Under the pieces are notes generated by a model, which ran no database searches, was not told the DNA's origin, and worked only from the letters and a program-made list of their open reading frames with translations. From Streptosporangiaceae bacterium (GTDB lineage: Bacteria > Actinomycetota > Actinomycetes > Streptosporangiales > Streptosporangiaceae): a stretch of DNA of 64,000 nt. Shown here piece by piece: positions 36,195-44,650 of the stretch (the stretch's first letter is position 1; each line of letters starts with the position of its first letter). Location: positions 3,531 to 67,530 of the forward strand of contig DATKFV010000039.1 in assembly GCA_035511035.1 (NCBI GenBank), written 5' to 3'. Position numbers and translations under genes: made by a program.

Positions 36195-37076
36195 TTAGAC
36201 CGGGGTCGGTGGGCCGGTGATTACCGCGATTATCCGCGTGCCGGGCCGGAAAGTGCCTTGGTCGGCTCGGGCGTAGATGCCGTAGAGCATCTTGGCGACG
36301 TAGAGCCAGTCGAGTTCTAGGTTGTGGCGGGACTTGAAGTCGGCGATGAAGGTGTCGAGGGCGGGGGTGCGGCGGGCGTAGCCGCCGAAGTGGAAGCTGG
36401 TCTCGAGGCGCCAGTTCTCGGTGGCCGCGCCGAAGGCGCGGCGTTGGAGGGCGGCGACGTCGGCGGTGAGGAACTCGCCGCCTTTGAGCACCGAGAAGCC
36501 GACGGCGTGCTGGCCGTCCCGGAGGCCGGCGGCGATTCCGGCCAGCGTCGCGCCGGTGCCGACTGGGCAGCAGATCAGGTCGAAGTCCAGGTCCAGCTCG
36601 GCCGGGAGCTCGGCGCAGCCACGGGCGCCGAGTTCGTTGCTGCCGCCTTCAGGGATCAGGTAGAAGGCGCCGAATTCGGCGCGCAGCCGGTCGAGGACGG
36701 CTGGGTCGTCCTTGCGGCGGTAGGTCGTGCGGTCCAGGTACGTGAGCTTCATCCCGTGGGCGGTCGCGAATGCGAGTGACGGATTGAGCGGGAGGTGTTC
36801 CTCTCCTCGAATTACCCCGAGGGTGGCGAAGCCGACGTGCTGACCGGCCGCTGCCGTGGCCCTGATGTGGTTCGAGTAGGCGCCGCCGAAGGTCAGGAGG
36901 GTGTCGTGCCCGGCCGACTTCGCTTCAGTCAGGTTGTGCTTGAGCTTGCGCCACTTGTTGCCGGGGACGTCGGCGTGGATGAGGTCGTCGCGCTTGAGCC
37001 AGACTTCCACCCCTGAATTGGCCAGCCGTTCGTCCGTGAGTCGTTCGAGCGGCGATGGGATTCGGAGATCGAGCAT
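36195..37076 (-). CDS. PLP-dependent ACC deaminase / D-cysteine desulfhydrase family protein
   Basis: LKRDDLIHADVPGNKWRKLKHNL (PLP Lys), TFGGAYSNH, CPVGTGATLAG. Confidence 0.8.
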   Translation of the reverse strand: MLDLRIPSPLERLTDERLANSGVEVWLKRDDLIHADVPGNKWRKLKHNLTEAKSAGHDTLLTFGGAYSNHIRATAAAGQHVGFATLGVIRGEEHLPLNPSLAFATAHGMKLTYLDRTTYRRKDDPAVLDRLRAEFGAFYLIPEGGSNELGARGCAELPAELDLDFDLICCPVGTGATLAGIAAGLRDGQHAVGFSVLKGGEFLTADVAALQRRAFGAATENWRLETSFHFGGYARRTPALDTFIADFKSRHNLELDWLYVAKMLYGIYARADQGTFRPGTRIIAVITGPPTPV

Positions 37077-38560
37077 CAGGCGAAGGCGGAGGTGATCGGG
37101 GTGAGCTTGAGTACGTCGTCCGGGCCGGTCAGGTCGGGCAGGGAGACGAAGACCGTGCTGACGCCGCGCTCGGCGAGCTGGCGGTAGCGGCCGACGTGGT
37201 CGGCCGCGGTCCCGGCGTGGTGAGCCCGCGCATACGCGGACGCCGACGTTCGGCCCCGCAGTCGTTCCACGATTATCCCGGCCTCGTCGCGGTCACGGCC
37301 GACCACCGGGAGGTCGAGCACGGTCACTGCCACAGCGTCGAGGTCACGGCCGGCCTGCTCGCAGGCCTTGCGGAGGACAGGGAGCTTGCGGTCGAGCAGG
37401 TCGGGATCGGCTGGGACGTTGCAGCCGTCGGCGAGCGCGCCGGCGATCCGCAGCGTCCGGTCGCCCGAGCCGCCCACGATGATCGGGACCGGCCCGACCG
37501 GCCGCGGATAGCAGGTCGTCTCCGGCAGGCTGACCCGCGTTCCTTCATGCGCCCGCGTTCCCGTCGCCCACAGCGCTCGCAGCGTCTCGATCGTCGTCTC
37601 CAGCTGACCGAGCCGGTCCGCCGGGCCGGGAAACTGCAGTCCGAACGCCAGGTGCTCGCGCTCCCACCAGCCCGCGCCCAGGCCGCAGAACGCCCGGCCT
37701 CCGCTCAGCGCGTCCAGCGTCGCGACGGTCTTCGCGAGCAGTCCGGGCGGCCTGAACGTCACCGGGCTCACCAGCGTGCCGAGCCGCAGGCTCGACCCCG
37801 AGGTCAGGCCGGCGAGCAGGCCCAAGGTGACCCAGGGCTCGGGGATCGGCTCCCAGGCCCGGCCGACTTGCGGGATCTGGATCAGGTGGTCCATCAGCGC
37901 GATGCCGTCCAGGCCGGCCTGAGCGGCGGCGGCCACCACCGAGGCCAGCCACCCGGCCGGGTCATCGCCCCATCCGAACCGCGAGACCTGCAGCACGAAA
38001 CTCAGCCGGGTCGGCTTGGCCCGTTGCTCGTCGGCGGCGAGCCGGCTGCCGGCGCTGTGCGACGGCTCGATGGCCAGGCCGGCTGTTTCCTCGGCATCGG
38101 CCTCGACGATGGTCCAGCCCTCGGCGGCGAGTTGGTCCGTGACCGCGCGCATCCGGCGCATTTGCGTATCCAGGACGGTCGCCGGGACTTGCCGGACGCG
38201 CTGCCGGTTCCTGGACCGGCACTCGGCCGGGGCAATTTTGAATAGCACGATGATCGTCGGCAGACCAGCCTGCTCGGCGAGCCGGCTGTGGGCCACGCGC
38301 CGGTCGGCGTCGAACCCGAGCGTGTCCACCACGGTGGTGAGGCCGCGCCGCAACCGGGCCGCCACGATCTGGTCGAGCAGCGCGAACGCATCGGCGGAGG
38401 CGTCGAGGTCGTGCTCACCGGAGCCGACCACGCCTCGAAGCTGGTCGGACGAGACGATCTCGGCGGGGCGGTACCTCGCTGCCGCCCAGGTCGACTTGCC
38501 GGAGCCCGACGGGCCGACGAGCACGACGAGCGCCGGGTCTGGGATGACGACGCTCGGCAC
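37076..38560 (-). CDS. fusion protein: P-loop kinase (AAA_33-like) + LLM-class F420/flavin-dependent oxidoreductase
   Basis: N-terminus LVVLVGPSGSGKSTWAAARYRPAEIVSSDQLRG...TVVDTLGF. C-terminal luciferase-like region DHLIQIPQVGRAWEPIPEPW..LGTLVSPVTFRPP..LDALSGGRAFCGLGAGWWEREH. Confidence 0.75.
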   Translation of the reverse strand: MPSVVIPDPALVVLVGPSGSGKSTWAAARYRPAEIVSSDQLRGVVGSGEHDLDASADAFALLDQIVAARLRRGLTTVVDTLGFDADRRVAHSRLAEQAGLPTIIVLFKIAPAECRSRNRQRVRQVPATVLDTQMRRMRAVTDQLAAEGWTIVEADAEETAGLAIEPSHSAGSRLAADEQRAKPTRLSFVLQVSRFGWGDDPAGWLASVVAAAAQAGLDGIALMDHLIQIPQVGRAWEPIPEPWVTLGLLAGLTSGSSLRLGTLVSPVTFRPPGLLAKTVATLDALSGGRAFCGLGAGWWEREHLAFGLQFPGPADRLGQLETTIETLRALWATGTRAHEGTRVSLPETTCYPRPVGPVPIIVGGSGDRTLRIAGALADGCNVPADPDLLDRKLPVLRKACEQAGRDLDAVAVTVLDLPVVGRDRDEAGIIVERLRGRTSASAYARAHHAGTAADHVGRYRQLAERGVSTVFVSLPDLTGPDDVLKLTPITSAFA

Positions 38561-38580
38561 CCGCCCAAGCCTAGCCAGGG

Positions 38581-38746
38581 TCAGGTCGCTGGCACGATGT
38601 TCTGGTTACCCAGGAACACGTTGCTCGGGTCGTAGTCCGCCTTCACCGCGGCCAGCCGGGCGTAGTTGTCCGCGCCGAACGCTGCCCGCACCGGTCCTGG
38701 CCCTCGTCGCCGATGAAGTTCAGGTACGTGCCGCCGCTGGCGTTAG
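38581..38746 (-). pseudogene. relic of the C-terminal BBE domain of an FAD-linked oxidase (frameshifted fragment)
   Basis: My reverse translation gives GTYLNFIGDEGQDR, a 1-nt frameshift, then VRAAFGADNYARLAAVKADYDPSNVFLGNQNIVPAT*. Nothing upstream resembles the FAD-binding domain. Confidence 0.6.
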
Positions 38747-38844
38747 CTGGCCCGGACCCTGCGGGGAGTCACTGCGCGCCGGGTCTGGGGTAATTTGTTC
38801 GCCCGGCCCGGCCCGGCCTGGGTAGCGCTGGTAGCGTCGGGCCG

Positions 38845-39633
38845 ATGAGCCAGGCGCTGACCACCACGGCCAAGGCTGCGATTGACCGCTATCTCGACCT
38901 GCTGACGTCGGGGCTCCCCGGCGCGGTGGAGGGCGTTTACCTGACTGGTTCGGTCGCGCTCGGTGATTGGCGCGAGAATCGCAGCGACCTCGACATCCTG
39001 ACCGTCACCAATCGGCCGCTCACTGATACCGATGTCGACGCACTCGCGCAATTGCATGCCCGCGCGAACGAGCGGCCTTACCTGGATGCGATCTACGTCT
39101 GGCGCAACGACCTCGGTGTCGTGCCGCCTGCCGATGATCCTGGCCTGCCCCACGCGGTCAACGGGGCGTTCGAGCGCTCGGGTTACCTGCCCGACCCGGT
39201 GCTGTGGGCCACTCTCGACCGGCTCGGGATCACTTTGCTCGGCCCACCTGCTGCTGAGCTTGGCACCGGGCCGGACCCGGCCTGGCTGCGCGCGTGGAAC
39301 TTGGGCAACCTGCGCTCGTACTGGCTGCCGTGGGCGGCCGACGTCCGGAAGTGGCTATCCCGGCAAGAGCCCACCGTACTGCTGGAACCCGAGGTTGCAA
39401 CCCATGCGCTGCTAGGCCCAGGCCGCCTGCACTACACGATCGCCACCGGCGACATCCTGGCCAAGACCGCCGCCGCCGACTACACGGCCAAGCTTTTCCC
39501 CGGCCACGACGAACTACTGGCGCGGGCCAAGGCCTGGCGGCTAGGCGACCAGGGCGTCCAGTTCGACAAATCGGACACGCAGGCCGCATGCGACCTGATC
39601 GAGGCCATTGCCCAGGCCGCGACGGAACTCTAA
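38845..39633 (+). CDS. nucleotidyltransferase-domain protein (aminoglycoside adenylyltransferase ANT(3'')/DUF4111-like)
   Basis: GVYLTGSVALGDWRENRSDLDILTV (GS...DxD NTase motif). C-terminal helical domain. Confidence 0.7.
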   Translation: MSQALTTTAKAAIDRYLDLLTSGLPGAVEGVYLTGSVALGDWRENRSDLDILTVTNRPLTDTDVDALAQLHARANERPYLDAIYVWRNDLGVVPPADDPGLPHAVNGAFERSGYLPDPVLWATLDRLGITLLGPPAAELGTGPDPAWLRAWNLGNLRSYWLPWAADVRKWLSRQEPTVLLEPEVATHALLGPGRLHYTIATGDILAKTAAADYTAKLFPGHDELLARAKAWRLGDQGVQFDKSDTQAACDLIEAIAQAATEL

Positions 39634-39680
39634 GCGTCGTTCAGGCGACCTTCACAGTCCAATCGCCCACCCGGGCTACA

Positions 39681-39775
39681 GGTTTCCCCGATGAGAAAAC
39701 GCTCCATCAGGGCGCCGTAAGCGCTCCCCGGTCGGCAAGAGAACCGTCCCCGATCAGGGAATGCTCCCCGCAGAC
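39681..39775. repeat. single-arm copy of the about 20-bp periodic CGCTCCCC repeat family seen at 17987-18273
   Basis: TTCCCC 39684, CTCC 39702, CTCCCC 39724, GTCCCC 39746, CTCCCC 39764. The reverse complement GTCGTCTGCGGGGAGCATTCCCTGATCGGGGA resembles 18030-18062, ATCGTCTGCGGGGCGGACTCCCAGATCGGGGA. Confidence 0.65.
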
Positions 39776-40075
39776 GACTAATATCCTTCGACAGGACAGG
39801 ATTCCTCCGCCAGGACAGGCTTGCTGCGCCAGCGCAGGCCTTCCACGCCACGACATGGCTTCTACGCCGGGCCCGGCCGTCGCCATGTCGAACCCTGGGT
39901 TAAGGCGAGCAACTGACCAGGCGGGCCCAGCGATACGCAGCTAGAGAGCCGCCCGATCCCAGTCAGATAGCAACCGGAGTGACACTGGCCCACAAGAACC
40001 AGACGGATGGATACCCGTCATATCGGGAGTCGCATAGAGTCGCCGACATCGGCGATAAGGTCTTCTGTCTGCCCG

Positions 40076-40792
40076 TTAGCCGGAGTTCCGCACCGGCAAG
40101 TTGCCGGTATCGAGGCGAATGGCCTCACCGTCGGCTCCGCAGCCGCGCTTGGCGGCGAGGTGGCCCATGGCGACGGCCATCTCGGCCGATGTGGGCGGGG
40201 GCGGCAGCGCGGGAGTGTCGGTCCGGCCGAAGGCGTCGAGGGCCAGGGCGACGAGCCGGCGAGAGGCGGCCGGGGCGGCGTTCTGAGTGACGTGCACGAT
40301 CGTGGCGTTGGCGATCAGCAGGATCAGCAGGTCCTCGGTGACGAAGTCGGAGCGCAGCTGGCCTGCGGCCTTGGCCCGGTCGATCAGCGTGACCACGTGG
40401 GCGTGGGCCACCGCGCGCAGCCGCTCGACGTGCTCGTCGGTCGGCAACGTCATCGACAGCAGGTCGGCGAGGCCGCGGTCGCCCGCCTGAAGTTCGCACA
40501 TGGTGCGGACGAACGAGGTGAAGGCGTCCCACGGGTCAGTGATCGCCAGCGCGGCCTCGGCGGCCTCGGCGTACTTGGCGACCTTCTCGACGAAGGCCGC
40601 GCCGACGAGGTGCTGCCGGGAGGGGAACCGCCGGTAGAGTGTCGCGATGCCGACCCGGGCGCGAGCCGCGATCTCCTCCAGGGAGGCTTCGAGGCCGTGC
40701 TCGGCGAAGACCTCCCGAGCCGCGGCCAGGATGGCGTCGCGGTTCCTGGTCGCGTCGGCCCGAAGCGGCCGCTGCTGATCGTGCGCCCTCAT
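40076..40792 (-). CDS. TetR/AcrR-family transcriptional regulator
   Basis: RADATRNRDAILAAAREVFAEHGLEASLEEIAARARVGIATLYRRFPSRQHL. Confidence 0.9.
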   Translation of the reverse strand: MRAHDQQRPLRADATRNRDAILAAAREVFAEHGLEASLEEIAARARVGIATLYRRFPSRQHLVGAAFVEKVAKYAEAAEAALAITDPWDAFTSFVRTMCELQAGDRGLADLLSMTLPTDEHVERLRAVAHAHVVTLIDRAKAAGQLRSDFVTEDLLILLIANATIVHVTQNAAPAASRRLVALALDAFGRTDTPALPPPPTSAEMAVAMGHLAAKRGCGADGEAIRLDTGNLPVRNSG

Positions 40793-40811
40793 TGACCCAT
40801 AGTAGCGATCC

Positions 40812-40863
40812 GGAGGCAGTACTCCAGTTAATGTTAGGGTGGGTTGTGGAGGCTCTACTCCAC
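40812..40863. promoter_or_regulatory. two copies of a 14-bp GGAGGCNNTACTCC motif in the tetR / DUF998 divergent region (candidate operator)
   Basis: GGAGGCAGTACTCC (40812-40825) and GGAGGCTCTACTCC (40848-40861). The second lies within the inverted repeat GTGGAG-N6-CTCCAC (40846-40863), which abuts ATG 40864. Confidence 0.35.
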
Positions 40864-41682
40864 ATGAGCTTAGGTGGACGGGAGCATGTCAGTGGGCGTC
40901 AGGGAAGGTGCCGACCTGTGACGGTGCCGTCAGCCGCTGGTAGTTCCGTAGCCGCCCTGTCCGCGACGGCTCCGGCCGGTCGCAGCTCCACCGCCCGGCG
41001 GGTGCTGGCCTGGGTCTCGGGGATCGCCGGCCTGATCGCCTACAACTGGTGGGTGCTGGTCCCGCTGAAGCCCGGCCTGATGGCTTCGCCCGATGAGTTC
41101 TTCAGCAACCTCGAGGTCAACGGCCAGCCCTACGCGACGGTGATGCAACACTGCGACGTCGCCTCGGGAGTGCTGGTGCTGCTGGCCTTCCTGCTCGCGG
41201 GCTACGGCAGTCTGGGCCGCGCGCGCCGGGAGTGGCTGTGCATGGTGGTCTTCGCGCTGGCCGGGCTGATGGGCGGGCTGTTCTCGCAGGTGTGCGCCGA
41301 CGGGGTGAGCAAGGCCTGCTTCAGCGCGGAGTGGCACTTCAGGCTGCCCGCCAGCCAGTACGTGCACGACAGCGCGGGGATCGTCGAGTTCGCCGCGATC
41401 ACGCTGGCGCTGCTGTTCGCGGTGCTGCGGACCTGGGGTGAGCGCACCCGGCCCGGCCGGATCTACCGGTCCCTGGCGATCGGGGCGGCGATCGCCTACC
41501 CGCTGCTCGCGGTGGCCTACTTCGGTAACCGGCTGGGCGCGGTGGTCGAGGGGATCTTCTTCGTCGGCTTCACCATCATGGTGGTGACCCAGCTTGTCGA
41601 GCGGGTTGGCCGGCGACAACGACGGGAATTGTCGCCTGACCACAATCTCGGCACAATAAGCGAGACATCGACGGTCGGCTAG
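40864..41682 (+). CDS. DUF998-family membrane protein
   Basis: LAWVSGIAGLIAYNWWVLVPLKPGLMASPDEFFSNLEVNGQPYATVMQHCDVASGVLVLLAF. Start uncertain: ATG 40864, or GTG 40918/40924. The upstream part of ORF 40639.. overlaps tetR. Confidence 0.7.
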   Translation: MSLGGREHVSGRQGRCRPVTVPSAAGSSVAALSATAPAGRSSTARRVLAWVSGIAGLIAYNWWVLVPLKPGLMASPDEFFSNLEVNGQPYATVMQHCDVASGVLVLLAFLLAGYGSLGRARREWLCMVVFALAGLMGGLFSQVCADGVSKACFSAEWHFRLPASQYVHDSAGIVEFAAITLALLFAVLRTWGERTRPGRIYRSLAIGAAIAYPLLAVAYFGNRLGAVVEGIFFVGFTIMVVTQLVERVGRRQRRELSPDHNLGTISETSTVG

Positions 41683-41698
41683 CCACGGGGAGACGAGC

Positions 41699-42979
41699 GT
41701 GCCGATTCCAGAGCAGTCGGCTCGCGACCGGCGTGATGCGCGAGCGCGGATCGCGCTCCGGGTGCATGACTCGCTCGCCGAGATGATCGAAGCGGCGACC
41801 GAGGCGATCTTCGCGCAGGTACCCGGGTACGCCGGCAGCACCGACTCACGGCTGCGAGCCGATGTCTCCGCCCACGTGGCGGCCATCTTCGGCGTCTTCC
41901 TTGACGGCCTGGCCGACGACGAGCCGGCCCGCCGGGCCGCCTTCACGGTCACTCGCGAACAGGCCAGCTACCGGATCGGTCAGGGCATCTCGCTGGCCGA
42001 CTTCCTGCAGGCCTTCCGGATCGGGCAGCTCACCTTGTGGCAGAGCGTGCTCGACATCGCTCAAGGCGATGAGCAGGCGAAAGAGGCGGCGCTCAGGCTG
42101 GTCGAGCGGATCATGACGGTAATCGAGCTTGGCAGCACCGTGGCCGCCGAGGCCTACCTCGAGGCGCAGCAGCATCAGCTGGCCGAGAGCGACCGGCTCC
42201 GTCGTGACCTGGTCGAGGACCTGCTCGCCTACCGCACCACGTTCGCCGGGCGGAAGCGCTCGATCCTGCAGGCCGCTGGCCTGCACCCCGAGACCAGGCT
42301 GCTGGTCGCATCGGCCGCGCCGGTTACCGACCCGGCCGGGCACGAGCAAGCCATGGCCGCGGCCGCCACCGCCATCGCCGCCGCCGGGCGAGGCGCGGGC
42401 AGCGGGCTCGCCACGCTGCGCCAAGACGAGATCGTGGGCGTGGTGCCGCTGCCGCACGGGGACGCTAAGGCGGCCGTGGCCAGCCTCCAGCGCACGGCCG
42501 CGGCCCAGGGCGCCCAGGGCACGCCGGCGCTCGCGATCGGCGTCAGCACGGTGCACGCCGGCCTGCACGAGGTACCCGAGGCTTACGCCGAGGCCCAAAG
42601 CGCCAGGGAAGCGCTCAGCGGAGCCGACGGCGTGCTCGCGCTGCCGCTACTGACCGCGTTCGAGTACCTCGTGCTGCGGGAGGCGCAGACCGCGCAGCGG
42701 CTGATCAGGCCCCAGGTGCGGCGCTTCGTCACGGAGGACGCGGCGGCGGGGGGCGCGCTGATCGCCACGCTGGTCGAGTACGCGCGCTGTGACCTGAACG
42801 CCAAGACGGCCGCCGAGAGGCTGCACCTGCACGTCAATAGCGCCTACTACCGGCTCGACCGGATCGCCGAGCGCACCGGCTACGACCTGCGCAAGCTGGC
42901 CGACGTGGTGGAGCTCCTGATCGCGATCAGGCTGCTGGGCGGGGTACCGAGAGGTTCAGTGGCACCCGCAAGTTCATGA
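41699..42979 (+). CDS. PucR/CdaR-family transcriptional regulator
   Basis: GTG start after GGGGAG. C-terminal HTH NAKTAAERLHLHVNSAYYRLDRIAERTGYDL. Confidence 0.8.
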   Translation: MPIPEQSARDRRDARARIALRVHDSLAEMIEAATEAIFAQVPGYAGSTDSRLRADVSAHVAAIFGVFLDGLADDEPARRAAFTVTREQASYRIGQGISLADFLQAFRIGQLTLWQSVLDIAQGDEQAKEAALRLVERIMTVIELGSTVAAEAYLEAQQHQLAESDRLRRDLVEDLLAYRTTFAGRKRSILQAAGLHPETRLLVASAAPVTDPAGHEQAMAAAATAIAAAGRGAGSGLATLRQDEIVGVVPLPHGDAKAAVASLQRTAAAQGAQGTPALAIGVSTVHAGLHEVPEAYAEAQSAREALSGADGVLALPLLTAFEYLVLREAQTAQRLIRPQVRRFVTEDAAAGGALIATLVEYARCDLNAKTAAERLHLHVNSAYYRLDRIAERTGYDLRKLADVVELLIAIRLLGGVPRGSVAPASS

Positions 42980-43072
42980 GCCGCTCACCAACGGTTTTGT
43001 GGTGGGCACACTAACGCTCACCGGCCTGGCCCAGGCATTGTGGTTGGCACACAACTTCTGGAGGTGCCAGCC

Positions 43073-44650
43073 ATGCTTAACCTCGCTGTCCTGCTCGAAG
43101 GCACCGCCCGCGAGCACGCCGACCGGGTCGCGGTCGTTCAGGGACCGATCCGGCTCACCTACGCCGAGCTCGACGCTGCCGCCAGCCGGGTCGCGAACGC
43201 GCTGACCGCGCGCGGCGTCGGTCGCGGCGACCGGGTGGCGCTCAGCTGCCCCAACATCCCGTCGTTCCCCGTCGTCTACTACGGCATACTCAAGGCCGGC
43301 GCGACCGTGGTCCCGCTGAACATCCTGCTGACCGAGCGCGAGATCGCCTACCACCTGACCGACTGCGGCGCCAAGGCCTACTTCTGCTTCGAGGGCAGCG
43401 CCGCGCTTCCCGTCGGCAAGTCCGGCCAGGCCGCCTTCGAAGCGACCGGCACCTGCGAGCACTTCGTGCTGATCACCGCCGACCCGACCGCGACCTCGCC
43501 CGAGGTCGGCATCCAGACGCTGGCCGAGTTCACCCACCGCCAGCCCGGCACCTGCAGGTCCGCCCCGACCGAGGCGACCGACACCGCCGTGATCCTGTAC
43601 ACCAGCGGAACCACCGGCCAGGCCAAGGGCGCCGAGCTGACCCATTCCAACATGGTGCAGAACGCCCAGCTCGCCCCCCGCCTGTTCGGCCCAAGCAGCG
43701 CCGCCAAGCACGGGCATGACGTGCACCTGATCGCCCTCCCGCTGTTCCACTCGTTCGGCCAGAGCGTCCAGCTGAACAACGGCCTGGCGACCGGCGCGAC
43801 GATCGTCCTGCTGGCCAGGTTCACCGCCGAGGCGGCCCTTGAGCAGATGCAGGCCGAAGGGGTCACCTTCTTCGCCGGCGTCCCGACCATGTACCACGCG
43901 CTGCTCGGCTGCGAGAAGGCCGACGAGTTCGACCTGGCGGGCATAACCGCGAACCTGCGCGTGGCCGTCTCGGGCGGCGCCGCCATGCCGGTCGAGGTGC
44001 TGCGCCGGTTCGAGGAGCGGTTCGGCGTTCCGATCGTGGAGGGCTACGGCCTGTCCGAGACCAGCCCGGTCGCCACGTTCAACCGGGTGGACCGGCCCCG
44101 CAAGGCCGGCTCGATCGGCCTGCCGGTCTGGGGCGTCGAGGTCGAGCTGATCACCGAGGACGGCACCCCGGCGCCGCCAGGCCAGCCAGGTGAGGTCTGG
44201 ATCCGCGGCCACAACGTGATGAAGGGCTACTTCGGCCGACCCGAGGCGACCGCGGCCGCGATCGACGCCGACGGCTGGTTCCGCAGCGGCGACATCGGCA
44301 CCCGCGACGACGACGGTTACCTGTACATCGTGGACCGCAAGAAGGACATGATCATCAGGGGCGGGTTCAACGTGTATCCCCGCGAGCTGGAGGAAGTCCT
44401 GCTCACGCACCCGCAGGTCAGTCTGGCGGCGGTGGTCGGCGTTCCGCACGAGGTCTACGGTGAGGAGGTCAAGGCGTTCGTGGTGCCTGTCGCCGGAGCG
44501 TCGATCACCGAGGCCGAGCTCGTCGCCTGGTGCCGGGAGACCATGGCCGCCTACAAGTACCCCCGGTTCGTCGAGTTCAGGACCAGCTTTCCGATGACCG
44601 CGACCGGCAAGATCCTCAAGCGCGAGCTAGTGGCGGGAGGCCAGTCATGA
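43073..44650 (+). CDS. AMP-dependent acyl-CoA synthetase (long-chain fatty acid-CoA ligase-like)
   Basis: ATG 43073 after GGAGGTG. ILYTSGTTGQAKGAEL, GYGLSETSP, WFRSGDIG..DDDGYLYIVDRKKDMI, GKILKREL. Confidence 0.9.
   Translation: MLNLAVLLEGTAREHADRVAVVQGPIRLTYAELDAAASRVANALTARGVGRGDRVALSCPNIPSFPVVYYGILKAGATVVPLNILLTEREIAYHLTDCGAKAYFCFEGSAALPVGKSGQAAFEATGTCEHFVLITADPTATSPEVGIQTLAEFTHRQPGTCRSAPTEATDTAVILYTSGTTGQAKGAELTHSNMVQNAQLAPRLFGPSSAAKHGHDVHLIALPLFHSFGQSVQLNNGLATGATIVLLARFTAEAALEQMQAEGVTFFAGVPTMYHALLGCEKADEFDLAGITANLRVAVSGGAAMPVEVLRRFEERFGVPIVEGYGLSETSPVATFNRVDRPRKAGSIGLPVWGVEVELITEDGTPAPPGQPGEVWIRGHNVMKGYFGRPEATAAAIDADGWFRSGDIGTRDDDGYLYIVDRKKDMIIRGGFNVYPRELEEVLLTHPQVSLAAVVGVPHEVYGEEVKAFVVPVAGASITEAELVAWCRETMAAYKYPRFVEFRTSFPMTATGKILKRELVAGGQS

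Noticed and set aside
39851-39910. Possible tRNA (GGGTTCGA-like T-loop on the minus strand)
   Set aside because: No complementary T-stem, acceptor stem or anticodon arm could be built around it. It is better described as a simple 9-bp stem-loop.
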